Source: an uncultured Smithella sp.
GTDB taxonomy: Bacteria; Desulfobacterota; Syntrophia; Syntrophales; Smithellaceae
NCBI GenBank assembly: GCA_964469905.1
Contig: CAYXZW010000012.1
Coordinates: 2,060 to 66,059 of the forward strand
Direction of reading: 5' to 3'
DNA: 64,000 bases
This document shows positions 10,170-22,297 of the stretch, piece by piece (position 1 is the first letter of the stretch; every line of letters starts with the position of its first letter). The position numbers and the translations under genes were made by a program. Below the pieces are notes generated by a model that was given only the letters and a program-made list of their open reading frames with translations, had not been told where the DNA came from and did not search any database.

Positions 10170-10235
10170 TCGCCGGATTAGCAATGCAGTGTTTTCGGCG
10201 AAAGGACAGGGATGCAAATAGGTTTATCAGAGTAT

Positions 10236-10511
10236 TTATAAATGTTTAATGCTGAAGCCGTGAAAGCCTCCGGTATAGTGCTCTTCCGCAGCTGCAATAT
10301 TTTCCACTCGGGCTGCGGGAGGGCCGATTTTACACCAGGACAGCATTTTATCTATTTGCTCATCATCACCCTCAAAAACTGCTTCAACGCGGCCGTCTTC
10401 CATATTGCGTACCCAGCCGGTAAGGTTTAAATCGGTGGCAGCACGTCTTGTAGCCGCCCGGAAGAAGACTCCCTGCACCACACCGCTGATATAAACGCGT
10501 ATTCGTTTCAT
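10236..10511 (-). CDS. acyP: Acylphosphatase
   Basis: 91 aa. ISGVVQGVFFRAATRRAA..L.LTGWVRNMEDGRVEAVFEG is the acylphosphatase signature. Starts 2 nt after the ligA stop. Confidence 0.92.
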   Translation of the reverse strand: MKRIRVYISGVVQGVFFRAATRRAATDLNLTGWVRNMEDGRVEAVFEGDDEQIDKMLSWCKIGPPAARVENIAAAEEHYTGGFHGFSIKHL

Positions 10512-10513
10512 AA

Positions 10514-12807
<2,294 letters not shown>

Positions 12808-13066
12808 GGTCTGGATAGTAGCTTTACTTTATTAGAAAGTCAAATTAAAAGCTTTTTTAATGAGGCTTGTTTTTCCGAAACGCAGTGATTGGAAAAACTT
12901 AGAGCGAATTGTCCTGATACCTTTAGTTGTCAGGAATTATCCGCGTTCGCTTCGCTCAGGGGATAGCTTTACTTACACTTCAAACTTAACAGCGTTTGTT
13001 TTCAGCTTGTGGCACTAAATAAAACTTGTTTTTTTTATTTCCTGCCGATAATAAATTAAAGTTAAT

Positions 13067-13558
13067 ATGGATATGAAAAAAATAAAAATTGGCGTCATTT
13101 CCGACACCCATCTGCAAGGTTATGACGAACGTTTAAAAACAATCATCGCTGAACATTTCAGAGATGTAGATTTAGTCATTCATGCCGGAGATTTGGTTGA
13201 TCTGCGCGTATTGGACATATTTGAAGGTAAAGAAGTCAAAGCAGTCTGCGGCAATATGGATTATCCTTCGGTAAAAGAAACATTACCCGACCAATTGATT
13301 ATCGAAATACAAGGATTTAAGTTGGGAGTTGTTCACGGATGGGGGGCACCGGATGGTATTGAAGAAAGAATCATGGCTAGAACAGGTGACTTGGATTGCA
13401 TTGTTTATGGGCATTCCCATAAGCCGGCATGTCATAAAAGTAATGGTGTGCTGTTTTTTAATCCGGGATCACCAACAGACAAGCGTTTTGCAGCTCATAG
13501 GTCAATAGGTATATTAGAAATTGACAAAGAGGTATCAGGTAGGATAATTAATGTTTAG
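13067..13558 (+). CDS. YfcE/MJ0936-family metallophosphoesterase
   Basis: ISDTH, HAGD, GNMD, GHSH and NPGS motifs in the canonical order for calcineurin-like phosphodiesterases. Confidence 0.88.
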   Translation: MDMKKIKIGVISDTHLQGYDERLKTIIAEHFRDVDLVIHAGDLVDLRVLDIFEGKEVKAVCGNMDYPSVKETLPDQLIIEIQGFKLGVVHGWGAPDGIEERIMARTGDLDCIVYGHSHKPACHKSNGVLFFNPGSPTDKRFAAHRSIGILEIDKEVSGRIINV

Positions 13559-13566
13559 GTAAAAAT

Positions 13567-14052
13567 ATGGATACAATATTTGCACCGTGGCGTATGGAAT
13601 ATATTAAAAGTGAAAAGTCTGATGGCTGCGTATTCTGTAAATGCTCGATCAGAAGTGATGATTTTGTGGTTTACGAGGGTAAATCCTGTTTTGTGATGAT
13701 GAACAAATACCCCTATGTTAGCGGCCATTTGATGATCATTCCCATCCGGCATATTGGTAAAATTGAAGATTTATCCAGCGAAGAACGAACTGAAATATTT
13801 ACCTTGTTAGATACGACGGTGAAAGTGCTCAAAGAAGCAATGAATCCGGATGGTTTTAATATTGGCATGAATATCGGTAAAGCAGCCGGAGCAGGCATTG
13901 AAGAGCATATTCATGTACATGTAATTCCGCGCTGGGAAGGCGATACAAACTTTATGAGTGCAGTGAATAATATAAGGGTTATACCGGAGGATATGCAGAA
14001 AACAGCGAACAAACTGGCTCCTCTTTTCCAGAAATATCGTCAGGAGGATTAA
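13567..14052 (+). CDS. HIT-family nucleotide hydrolase/transferase
   Basis: Histidine triad HIHVHVIPR, with N-terminal FAPWRMEYI...C.FC as seen in Ap4A-phosphorylase-like HIT proteins. Confidence 0.88.
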   Translation: MDTIFAPWRMEYIKSEKSDGCVFCKCSIRSDDFVVYEGKSCFVMMNKYPYVSGHLMIIPIRHIGKIEDLSSEERTEIFTLLDTTVKVLKEAMNPDGFNIGMNIGKAAGAGIEEHIHVHVIPRWEGDTNFMSAVNNIRVIPEDMQKTANKLAPLFQKYRQED

Positions 14053-14056
14053 TTGA

Positions 14057-14365
14057 ATGAAAATACTATATTTAATATTACTTATAATATTTGCCTTTTT
14101 TATTGTAACTTTTTCACTGCAAAATGCAGCGTTGGTTCATCTTAAATACTATAAATTTATTGACATGGATGTTCCGATGTACATGCTGCTCTTTATAGCG
14201 CTGCTGGTTGGAATAGTTATCACCGGCTTTCTGGGCATAGTTGAAAGATTTCGTTTAAACCGTGCTATCAGCCGTTTAAATAAAACTATTCGTGATCTGC
14301 GCAAAGAACTGCGCGCCCACGAACCGCCACCAATTATTGAAGAAACAAAAACGCCGATTCAATAG
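14057..14365 (+). CDS. LapA-domain (DUF1049) inner-membrane protein
   Basis: 102 aa, two TM helices, FSLQNAALVHLKYY block, followed by a basic helix. Confidence 0.7.
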   Translation: MKILYLILLIIFAFFIVTFSLQNAALVHLKYYKFIDMDVPMYMLLFIALLVGIVITGFLGIVERFRLNRAISRLNKTIRDLRKELRAHEPPPIIEETKTPIQ

Positions 14366-14367
14366 TA

Positions 14368-14385
14368 GGGCCGTTACGAAATAAC
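14368..14385 (+). repeat. Copy 1 of short intergenic motif GGGCCGTTACGAAATAAC
   Basis: Begins 3 nt after the stop codon. See the finding on the CCGTWAC...GAAAT motif family. Confidence 0.3.
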
Positions 14386-14488
14386 AACCCCCGCGGGCAG
14401 CAAGAGCATCGCCTTTCCAGCCATTATGATACTGCCCCTTATGCCGGCTCCGATATCAAAAATTAAATTTTTGTTGGGCAGTGGCTTA

Positions 14489-14977
14489 ATGTATGAAAAT
14501 TCAAAATATCTTACCGATGCCTCTTTAGGAAGATTGGCCAAATGGCTGCGTCTTCTGGGTTATGACACGATTGTTTTTCCCCGCGCAGCCGGCAGAGATT
14601 TACTGAATCTGGCTTGTGCCGAAGAAAGAATTGTTTTGACTCGAAGACTCGATATGTCAGAGCGTCAATTTTCCGGAGAATTGTATTTTGTGGCCGGGCT
14701 TGATATTGCAAGCCAGTTGGCAGAAGTGATTACTAAATTCTCATTAACAGTAGATCAGAAAAAAATATTCCAGCTTTGTCTTAATTGTAATGAAAGGTTG
14801 TTTCCGGTAACAAAGGAAGAGGTGTATAACTTAGTGCCGTCATATGTTTTTGCTAATTGCAGCGAATATAATAAATGCCCCAGCTGCATGCGCATTTATT
14901 GGAATGGGACCCATCAACGCAATGCTCTGCAATTTTTAAAGAAAATATCAGTATTATCGAAAAAACAGTCGAAGTAA
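14489..14977 (+). CDS. Mut7-C (DUF82) PIN-like RNase domain protein
   Basis: LGRLAKWLRLLGYDT signature near the N-terminus, plus a C-terminal Zn-ribbon-like C..C....C..C. Start set at ATG 14489 because family members begin just before the LGRLA.WLR block. Confidence 0.8.
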   Translation: MYENSKYLTDASLGRLAKWLRLLGYDTIVFPRAAGRDLLNLACAEERIVLTRRLDMSERQFSGELYFVAGLDIASQLAEVITKFSLTVDQKKIFQLCLNCNERLFPVTKEEVYNLVPSYVFANCSEYNKCPSCMRIYWNGTHQRNALQFLKKISVLSKKQSK

Positions 14978-15070
14978 TACAATCAATACCGATAAAATGG
15001 CATTAGTCTGATTTTATATCAAAGATAAATCTTGACCGCTTATCTTTATGCCACTGCTGCTGGAATTATT

Positions 15071-17155
15071 CTATTCTTCTTTATCTTTTTTCGATTCCGC
15101 AATAATTTTCTCCGCCGTGTATGCGGGAACTTCTTCGTAATGCGACTCGGTGTAAGTAAAATTTCCTCTGCCGCTGGTCATGGAACGCAGATCAGGGGCG
15201 TACTTTAATATTTCAGCAAGCGGCACCTGTCCTTTAATGACCTGATTAGAGCCATTGGTGTCCATACCTAGAACACGACCGCGACGGCTGTTCAAATCGC
15301 CGATAACGTCACCCATGTATTCATCGGGCACTTCGATATCGACATTGACGATGGGTTCCAGCAGTATCGGCTGGCATTCCATTATTGCCTTCTGAAAGGC
15401 CAGGGATCCGGCAATTTTAAAAGCCATTTCCGAGGAATCAACCGCGTGATAGGAACCGAAAACCAATGATACTTTAAAATCCACAACCGGATAACCGGCC
15501 AGTACTCCTTTGGCTGCAGCTTCGACGATACCTTTCTCGACAGCCGGGCGATATTGGCCTGGAATAACCCCGCCGACGATTTTATCAGCGAATTCAAATC
15601 CTGCACCGCGGGGCAGCGGCTCAAGGTCGATTGTACAATCACCGAATTGGCCGTGTCCGCCGGACTGTTTCTTGTGTTTGCCTTGAACGCCGGCGGTCTT
15701 GCCCTTAATGGTTTCCAGATAGGGAACTTTCGGCGTATTCAGATTAACCTCGACACCGAATTTTCGCTTCATCTTTTCGATGTTGACTTCTATATGAACC
15801 TGACCCATTCCCGAGAGAATCATTTCTTTGGTCTGAACATTACGGGAAAAAACAATAGCCGGATCTTCTTCCGTCAAACGATGGATGGACGAAGCAATCT
15901 TATCCTCATCGCCGCGTGTCTTAGGCTCAATGGCAAACGACATAACAGGATGGGGCACTGCAACTTTGGTAAATACTATCGGGGCCTTTTCGGTGCACAG
16001 AGTATCTCCGGTTACTGTTTCCTTCAGCTTGGCTACGCCGGCTATGTCACCGGGAATCAGAATATCGGTTTGTTTTTGATTTTTACCTTCCGGAAAGAAG
16101 ACATGGCCGAACTTTTCTGTGATTTTCCTGGTGGAGTTGTAAATGCTGGAATCAGGCGACAGCTTTCCAGAATATAAACGGAACAGTGTCAATCGACCGG
16201 CGTAGGGATCAGCGATAGTTTTGAAAACGATTGCGGAAAAAGGAGAATCTTCTTCCGGTTTTCTTTCTTCTAAGTTATCCGTGCCCGGTTTTTTACCTTT
16301 CATCGGCAAACAATCGGCCGGAGAACGAAAAGAACTTACAGCGAGATCAAGCAGAAAAGAAACGCCAATTCCTTTTATGGCTGAACCGCAAATTAGTGGA
16401 ATCAGGCTACCGGAAGCAACTCCTTTTTTCAATCCGGCATTGATTTCTTCGGCAGATAGCTCGCCTTGTTCCAGATATTTATTCATCAGGGCATCGTCAG
16501 CTTCTGCAATGTCCTCAACCATTGTGTCGCGGTACATTTTAGCTTCTTCCATTAATTCGGCGGGAATATCTGTTGCTTTACCGGTTCCTTTATTATCACT
16601 GAATAAATAGGCTTTGAAACTGATTAAATCTATAATACCGTTAAACTTGGCTTCGGCGCCGATAGGCAGACATACAGGAGTTACCTTTTTCTTAAATTTG
16701 TCCTTAATGCTATCCAGAACATTGCTGAAGTTGGCACGTTCACGATCCATCCGGTTGACAAAAATTATTCGGGGGAGATTGAATTCATCAGCCAATTCCC
16801 AAACTTTTTGCGTCTGAAATTCCACACCACTGACAGCGTCAATGATAACGGCGACATTATCTACAACGCTCAGTGAACATTTTATATCAAAGGCGAAATT
16901 GGAATCACCCGGTGTGTCTATAAAGGTGATTTTATGCTTGTTCCATTCGACAAAGTTTACTGCGGAGCTGATGGAAATGCGCCGTTTTTGTTCTTCCGGG
17001 TCATAATCCATAACCGAGGTGGCATCATCGACACGACCCAGCCGTTCGCTTTTTCCGGAAACAAATAAGAGGGATTCACAAAGAGAGGTTTTGCCTGTAC
17101 CGCCGTGACCGACAACTGCAAGATTTCGCAGAGTTTTGGATTCGTACTTAGCCAT
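15071..17155 (-). CDS. Elongation factor G paralog (EF-G-2 type)
   Basis: All five EF-G domains are recognisable (DTPG, NRMD, HGQFGDC...). The P-loop VGHGGTGKTS and overall N-terminus resemble Thermus EF-G-2 rather than canonical AHIDAGKTT. The gene stands alone, not in a str operon. Start at ATG 17155, after AAGGAG. Confidence 0.9.
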   Translation of the reverse strand: MAKYESKTLRNLAVVGHGGTGKTSLCESLLFVSGKSERLGRVDDATSVMDYDPEEQKRRISISSAVNFVEWNKHKITFIDTPGDSNFAFDIKCSLSVVDNVAVIIDAVSGVEFQTQKVWELADEFNLPRIIFVNRMDRERANFSNVLDSIKDKFKKKVTPVCLPIGAEAKFNGIIDLISFKAYLFSDNKGTGKATDIPAELMEEAKMYRDTMVEDIAEADDALMNKYLEQGELSAEEINAGLKKGVASGSLIPLICGSAIKGIGVSFLLDLAVSSFRSPADCLPMKGKKPGTDNLEERKPEEDSPFSAIVFKTIADPYAGRLTLFRLYSGKLSPDSSIYNSTRKITEKFGHVFFPEGKNQKQTDILIPGDIAGVAKLKETVTGDTLCTEKAPIVFTKVAVPHPVMSFAIEPKTRGDEDKIASSIHRLTEEDPAIVFSRNVQTKEMILSGMGQVHIEVNIEKMKRKFGVEVNLNTPKVPYLETIKGKTAGVQGKHKKQSGGHGQFGDCTIDLEPLPRGAGFEFADKIVGGVIPGQYRPAVEKGIVEAAAKGVLAGYPVVDFKVSLVFGSYHAVDSSEMAFKIAGSLAFQKAIMECQPILLEPIVNVDIEVPDEYMGDVIGDLNSRRGRVLGMDTNGSNQVIKGQVPLAEILKYAPDLRSMTSGRGNFTYTESHYEEVPAYTAEKIIAESKKDKEE

Positions 17156-17235
17156 GAAAGCTCCTTTCAATATCCGATAATATCACAATAAAGCAGCTGA
17201 TTTAAGTGCGCGCTTTTTTAACTCATCCTCCCGGC

Positions 17236-17261
17236 AAAATCAAGACAAATTTGGTTGTCTT
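17236..17261 (-). terminator. Candidate terminator after the CDF transporter gene
   Basis: 7-bp stem AAGACAA (17242-17248) / TTGTCTT (17255-17261). On the minus strand it is followed by GATTTTG. The stem is AT-rich. Confidence 0.4.
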
Positions 17262-17277
17262 TTCCATTACAGTAAAA

Positions 17278-18261
17278 CTAACTTGTCGGAGGCCTCATCT
17301 TTACGGCATTCTGTATTTCGCCCCGTTGTTTTTCCGAGAGCAGACATCCGGAAAGACAATTCTCATCACAATATCCATCACATGGTTCCACATGAATGGT
17401 TACACTGGTAGCCGGATACTTGTTTTCGATGCTTTTGGTAATTTCTTCCGTTATCAGGTGAGAATCAACAACAGTCATCTGTGGTTCCACTTTCAAGTGA
17501 AAATCAACAAAACGGAAATGCCCGGCTTTGCGAGTACGCAGGCGATGATAACCGTGAAAGATGCCTCCATATTTCAAGATTTCCCGATGGATCCATTCTT
17601 CTTCTTCGGCCGGTAGATTGGCGTCGAGCAGGTCGCCGGCGGATTGAATCGTTAAATCATAAGCCGCTTTAATAATCAGCAGAGCAACAACAATTGCCGC
17701 CACTGAATCCAACCAGTAAAAATTAATACTGGGGAAAAACCATTGACCGCACAACATCAAGATAAGGCCAACCATAACTCCGGCCGATGTATAAACATCT
17801 GTCCGCAAATGCCAGGCATCGGCCTGCAGGGCAACCGAATCGGTTTCGCGTCCTATTTTAAAGAGTCTCTGGGACACAATAATGTTAACAATGCTGGAGA
17901 TTAGCATTACAGCGATGCCCCAACCCAGATTGTCGAGAGGTTCGGGTTTACTGATTTTCTGGATTGCCTCGTAGATGATCCAACCGGCGGCAATAAAAAT
18001 GAGCAGAGCTTCAATAGTCCCGGAAATGTTTTCAATTTTACCGTGGCCAAACGAATGATCTTTATCAGCCGGCTTGCTTGATGTTTTCACGGCAAAAAGA
18101 GCAATGATCGAGGCCAGCAGATCAACTCCGGAGTGAATCGCTTCGGAAATGATGGATACGGAGCCGATAATCAACCCAATGATAAGCTTCAGGAATACGA
18201 GGACGCTGTTGGAAATTACTGACAACAGTGCTACCTGTTCTTTTCGCTTTTGAACTTTCAT
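17278..18261 (-). CDS. Cation diffusion facilitator (CDF) family metal efflux transporter
   Basis: Six TM segments with HSGVDL and HLRTD-type metal-site motifs, plus a cytoplasmic C-terminal domain. Extra Cys-rich tail EPCDGYCDENCLSGC. Start set at ATG 18261; the listed start at 18282 is TTG. Confidence 0.88.
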   Translation of the reverse strand: MKVQKRKEQVALLSVISNSVLVFLKLIIGLIIGSVSIISEAIHSGVDLLASIIALFAVKTSSKPADKDHSFGHGKIENISGTIEALLIFIAAGWIIYEAIQKISKPEPLDNLGWGIAVMLISSIVNIIVSQRLFKIGRETDSVALQADAWHLRTDVYTSAGVMVGLILMLCGQWFFPSINFYWLDSVAAIVVALLIIKAAYDLTIQSAGDLLDANLPAEEEEWIHREILKYGGIFHGYHRLRTRKAGHFRFVDFHLKVEPQMTVVDSHLITEEITKSIENKYPATSVTIHVEPCDGYCDENCLSGCLLSEKQRGEIQNAVKMRPPTS

Positions 18262-18508
18262 GAATATACTTAACCCTTTCAATTAAATAAATGATGCTGA
18301 GAACATTGCTATCGCTTATATAACAGCACACATATCTATTATTACTATGCTGGGGCATTCTTTATCATAATTATTTCGATTAGCAACGGGTAAACTTACT
18401 GATCATTTTCTGATAATCAGAATAACGAAAATCTGCAAAAATAATATTTTAAAAAACTTCAGGCAGAATCAAAAGGTTGATGTCTTTTCATTGAAAAGAG
18501 ACTTTTCT

Positions 18509-18892
18509 TTATTTCCTGTCCTGATTCGGCCGGAAAATCGAAAAGCAGCCGCTGGCCTTGGCTGCAAGACAGCCTGCGTTGCGTATTTCCGATTCGAGAT
18601 GGGCAATGGCCTTACCCTTGTGGATGAGTCGTGTGGCGCATTCGATGCTGCCGCTGCGCACCGCCTGAAAATAGCTGATTTTGATTTCAATGGTCGCACA
18701 GTACTCGCCCGGGTCAAGAAGAGGGTACAGGGCACCACCCATGCCCGTATCGGCCAGCGCGTAAAGAATGGCGCCGTGAACTACCGACTGCGGATTGTAG
18801 AACTTTTCATGGACGTCCACGTGGCAAAGGCTCATGCCCTGGTCCTGCGTTTCAAAAACAAGACCGATGAGATCGGCGAAAGGATGAAACAT
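18509..18892 (-). CDS. PaaI-family hotdog-fold thioesterase
   Basis: HGGAILYALADTGMGGA block. Start set at ATG 18892, which lies 7 nt after AGGAGG. Confidence 0.85.
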   Translation of the reverse strand: MFHPFADLIGLVFETQDQGMSLCHVDVHEKFYNPQSVVHGAILYALADTGMGGALYPLLDPGEYCATIEIKISYFQAVRSGSIECATRLIHKGKAIAHLESEIRNAGCLAAKASGCFSIFRPNQDRK

Positions 18893-19167
18893 CGATTTAC
18901 CTCCTGCTATTCGAATTAGCGTCAACTACAAGGATTCAGCGGATTATGTATCCTGTTGTAAATATTATTCGGTAGAAATAAGTATAGGGAAGCTGCATTT
19001 GTACGTCAATGGAAAGTTGATAATGTCCAACTAATTCGGGAAGGTCAATTTTTGCCCAAAAAGAAATGTTGAATCAGCCTGCCAATCCGGTATTTTGGTG
19101 AGATTATCGAAAGACATTATGTAATTAATCCTGATGACGAATATTTGCTTTTTCGGCATGGTATGTT

Positions 19168-20520
19168 ATGGTGCGGACAATGCAGCCACTGATCATTCCC
19201 CGGAAGGGACACAATATATCCCGCAAGCAGGTGAATCCGAATGCCCTGCGTACTCTTTACAGATTGCGTGACTATGGCTTCATCGCCTACCTGGTAGGGG
19301 GTTGCGTGCGCGACCTGCTTCTGAAGCGAACTCCCACGGACTTTGACATAGCCACAGACGCCACTCCCGCTCAGATCAAGCGTCTTTTTCGTAACTGCCG
19401 CCTCGTAGGCCGCCGCTTCAGGCTAGCTCATCTTTACTTTAAGGACGATATTATTGAAGTCTCCACATTTCGTGCGGCAGCTCCTGTCGATGAAGTGAAT
19501 ACGGATCCGGAATGCACAGGTCAAGTCAATAAACCGCCCCGTCATCTCATGGACGAAGATGGAATGGTTCTCCGGGATAACATCTTTGGCACCCCGGAGG
19601 AGGATGCTCTCCGCCGTGACTTTACCGTCAACGCCCTGGCCTATAATATCGTAGATTTTTCGGTTATTGACTACAGTACAGGTCTGAGCGATCTCCAGGA
19701 GCGAATAATTCGTCCCATCGGCGACCCCTTTGTCCGTTTTACGGAAGATCCAGTGCGCATGCTTCGTGCGGTACGTTTTGCCGCATCTCATAATTTCGTG
19801 ATCGAACCAGGAACCTGGGCAACCATCTGCGTCCTGTCCACCACAATTTCGCGCGCTGCACCGGCAAGACTATATGAAGAGATGCTGAAGCTATTCCTGT
19901 ATGGATTTGCCCGACCGGTTCTTAGCCTCATGGACGAAAGCGGACTGCTGGCCGCCCTTTTCCCCATGTTCAGTCAGTGGCTGCATGAAAAAAGCGAGCA
20001 CTGGACAATGGTACAGACAAATCTGGAAGGGCTCGATGAACTATGTCAGCGTGGAATATCAATCTCACCGGCCTTTTTCTTTGCTGCCCTCTTCGGACCA
20101 CGGCTGGAGGCAGATACCCTTGTGCGTCACCGGGATGGCATCCCACGCCAGCAGGCGATGGATGATGCCTACGCCATTTTCCGGGATGATTCTTGCAAAA
20201 ATGTAAGCATGCCGGTGAGGGTCGGCGACCGACTCCGCCGGATAATCACCTTTCAGCATTCCCTTCATAGAATGCCGCCGCGACGTCCCGCTGTCATGGT
20301 CAACAGGCCTGAATTCTCAGAATCATTGGCCTATCTGCGTTTGTCGGCAGTAAGAGCAGAAAAAAATCTGACAACAATTCTAAACTGGTGGGACAATTTC
20401 CTTTCCGCTGCGCCATCCATTGTTTGCTCAGAACCACCCGGCACTGAATCTCCGGTAAAGCGTCGAAGAAAGCGGCGGCGGCGCCGACCCTTATCTATTC
20501 CAGCAGCGGCACCAACCTGA
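19168..20520 (+). CDS. pcnB: Poly(A) polymerase I / tRNA nucleotidyltransferase family
   Basis: GGCVRDLLL..P.DFDI nucleotidyltransferase core, RRDFTVNALAY, and an arginine-rich C-terminus KRRRKRRRRR, as in PcnB. Confidence 0.88.
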   Translation: MVRTMQPLIIPRKGHNISRKQVNPNALRTLYRLRDYGFIAYLVGGCVRDLLLKRTPTDFDIATDATPAQIKRLFRNCRLVGRRFRLAHLYFKDDIIEVSTFRAAAPVDEVNTDPECTGQVNKPPRHLMDEDGMVLRDNIFGTPEEDALRRDFTVNALAYNIVDFSVIDYSTGLSDLQERIIRPIGDPFVRFTEDPVRMLRAVRFAASHNFVIEPGTWATICVLSTTISRAAPARLYEEMLKLFLYGFARPVLSLMDESGLLAALFPMFSQWLHEKSEHWTMVQTNLEGLDELCQRGISISPAFFFAALFGPRLEADTLVRHRDGIPRQQAMDDAYAIFRDDSCKNVSMPVRVGDRLRRIITFQHSLHRMPPRRPAVMVNRPEFSESLAYLRLSAVRAEKNLTTILNWWDNFLSAAPSIVCSEPPGTESPVKRRRKRRRRRPLSIPAAAPT

Positions 20521-20545
20521 TTTATATCTCTCCTGAAGGAAAGTC

Positions 20546-20567
20546 GGGACCGTAACTGGAAAATAAC
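20546..20567 (+). repeat. Copy 2 of short intergenic motif (GGGACCGTAACTGGAAAATAAC)
   Basis: Lies in the convergent spacer after pcnB. Shares the 12-mer GGGACCGTAACT with copy 6. Confidence 0.3.
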
Positions 20568-20602
20568 AGAAATATTGTTTCCAAAAGATAACCGCCGGAG
20601 AA

Positions 20603-22297
20603 TTATTTTATTTGCAGGCTTCTTTCCCCCAGTCGCATAGGGTAGATAGTTGCAAATATACAGAGGAAGAGTGCCGTCGCAAATGAGCAGATAATCAGGA
20701 CAATCTGCCATAGTCCCAAACTTTGCTTGCGGATGCCGGCCATAAAAATATAGTAAACCGGTCCGGCTTCCAGAATTATCACTGCCGCAATCAAGGCAAA
20801 GCAAAGAATCATGAAGAGCAGGCCTCCAAAGCTTGTTACTACCTGCGCCGGATTTTCGGATTGGAAATTAGGATAAACCGCGCCTAATCCAATTCCCAGG
20901 GCGACCACGGCCGGTACAAGAAAGAATATGGTTGTGACCGACAAAAACATCATGAAAGGTGAGACTTGCAGCAGCATATTGGATGCAACAATAAGCAACT
21001 CTGCCATTATGATCATGGGAACATAATAGAGAAAGAATTTAATCCACAGAAAAGTTTTCAAAGATACCGGTGCCGCCTGGACTATCCAGAAAGCAGCGCC
21101 TTCCATACTTACCGCCGGAAAGACAAAACGGGCGGCAATAGCCGAAAGGACGAAGGCCGCCAGACCCATATTCAGAAAGGAAAACAGATTTTGCAGGTAA
21201 ATGGTTTTTATCGGCGATCTATCCAGAGGCAAGACCGAAAAATTATAAAGGTAAATGGCAATGAGTGCACCCATTAGAAATAATTGCGGCCATTGCGTTG
21301 AATCACGGAAAAATGAACGAATTTCTTTGATGGCAAATGCTTTTGCCGGGCGGTGAAGAAAGTCGAGTAAATTCTCCCATTGTATACCTTTGAATTTTAC
21401 CGGAGCAAAGAGGCGTCGCGGAGTTGTCAGAGATTTGGAAAAACCTTGAAAATATGCAGCGTGAGCGATGATTCCGGCGAAGAAGATCAACATAAAGGAG
21501 CAGCTGCAGGTCAGTGCGAGATTAAACAAGGAGCTGGCAAATTTACTGTTGAGGGCAGCTTGAATTGCCTCGGTAATCCAGGTGGTGGGCAAAAGCGGTG
21601 AACTGGGAGTTTGCAGGGAATTTAAATAAAGAACTGCCGAAGCGAAGCTGTCCGGATTAACCAGCTGCTCCGGCCTTGTTAAACGTAAAGCCAGAACGAG
21701 TATCAAAACCAATATCACGCCAAGTATAATTAAAATTGTTCGAATGCGTCCTGCCGGCAGGATTTTTGCTCCCAGCAATACCAGAATGCTGCTGAGAGCG
21801 GAGGTGATCAGGCACATGAATATTGTTGCCAGAAAAACAATCAGGTAAAAAAAGATACCAGCCTGGTAAATAATACCGTAGGAAAGAAAAACGGGGAGGC
21901 TGAAGAGAACCACCATCCAGGAACTATCAAATGTGCTTATAAGCCAACGGGAGAAAAAAATGTCCTTGGCGGAAACAGGCAAAGAATGCAAAAGCTGCAA
22001 GTCCCGGCTTAAATATAGATGAGAAAGGGAGTTGATAATATTGCTGAAGAGCAACAGTGCAAAAAAAGTCATCACCACCATCGAAAGAAGTTTCATGGCC
22101 AGTATATTGCCGAAGTCCTGAACGCCCTGAAAATAAAGCAAAATACGATAACAAATAATAAATGCGCCGGCCCAGAAAAGACAACCGACTAAGCCGAAGA
22201 TGGATAGTTTTGTCCATATTATTTTCTTATTGCTCGGCCGCAGATTATTGAAAGAAGAGAGAATTTGTGGTCGTAATAATGATATGATTGATTTCAT
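20603..22297 (-). CDS. Large polytopic membrane protein, putative ABC exporter permease
   Basis: 564 aa, at least 10 hydrophobic segments. Its start overlaps the stop of the upstream ABC ATPase gene (22294-22297). Confidence 0.75.
   Translation of the reverse strand: MKSIISLLRPQILSSFNNLRPSNKKIIWTKLSIFGLVGCLFWAGAFIICYRILLYFQGVQDFGNILAMKLLSMVVMTFFALLLFSNIINSLSHLYLSRDLQLLHSLPVSAKDIFFSRWLISTFDSSWMVVLFSLPVFLSYGIIYQAGIFFYLIVFLATIFMCLITSALSSILVLLGAKILPAGRIRTILIILGVILVLILVLALRLTRPEQLVNPDSFASAVLYLNSLQTPSSPLLPTTWITEAIQAALNSKFASSLFNLALTCSCSFMLIFFAGIIAHAAYFQGFSKSLTTPRRLFAPVKFKGIQWENLLDFLHRPAKAFAIKEIRSFFRDSTQWPQLFLMGALIAIYLYNFSVLPLDRSPIKTIYLQNLFSFLNMGLAAFVLSAIAARFVFPAVSMEGAAFWIVQAAPVSLKTFLWIKFFLYYVPMIIMAELLIVASNMLLQVSPFMMFLSVTTIFFLVPAVVALGIGLGAVYPNFQSENPAQVVTSFGGLLFMILCFALIAAVIILEAGPVYYIFMAGIRKQSLGLWQIVLIICSFATALFLCIFATIYPMRLGERSLQIK

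Noticed and set aside
9582-10217. 211-aa minus-strand ORF
   Set aside because: Antisense to the crotonase-family gene, which has clear family motifs. The antisense translation has none.
13010-13028. TGGCAC upstream of the metallophosphoesterase gene as a sigma-54 -24 element
   Set aside because: The expected -12 position holds AAAA rather than TTGC, so no -12 element is present.
15554-16177. 207-aa plus-strand ORF, plus other long antisense ORFs within EF-G, kup (38443-38913, 39116-39589), pcnB/permease (20331-20804) and hprA (46253-46705)
   Set aside because: Each one overlaps a gene with strong family signatures on the other strand or in another frame. None has an SD or a motif.
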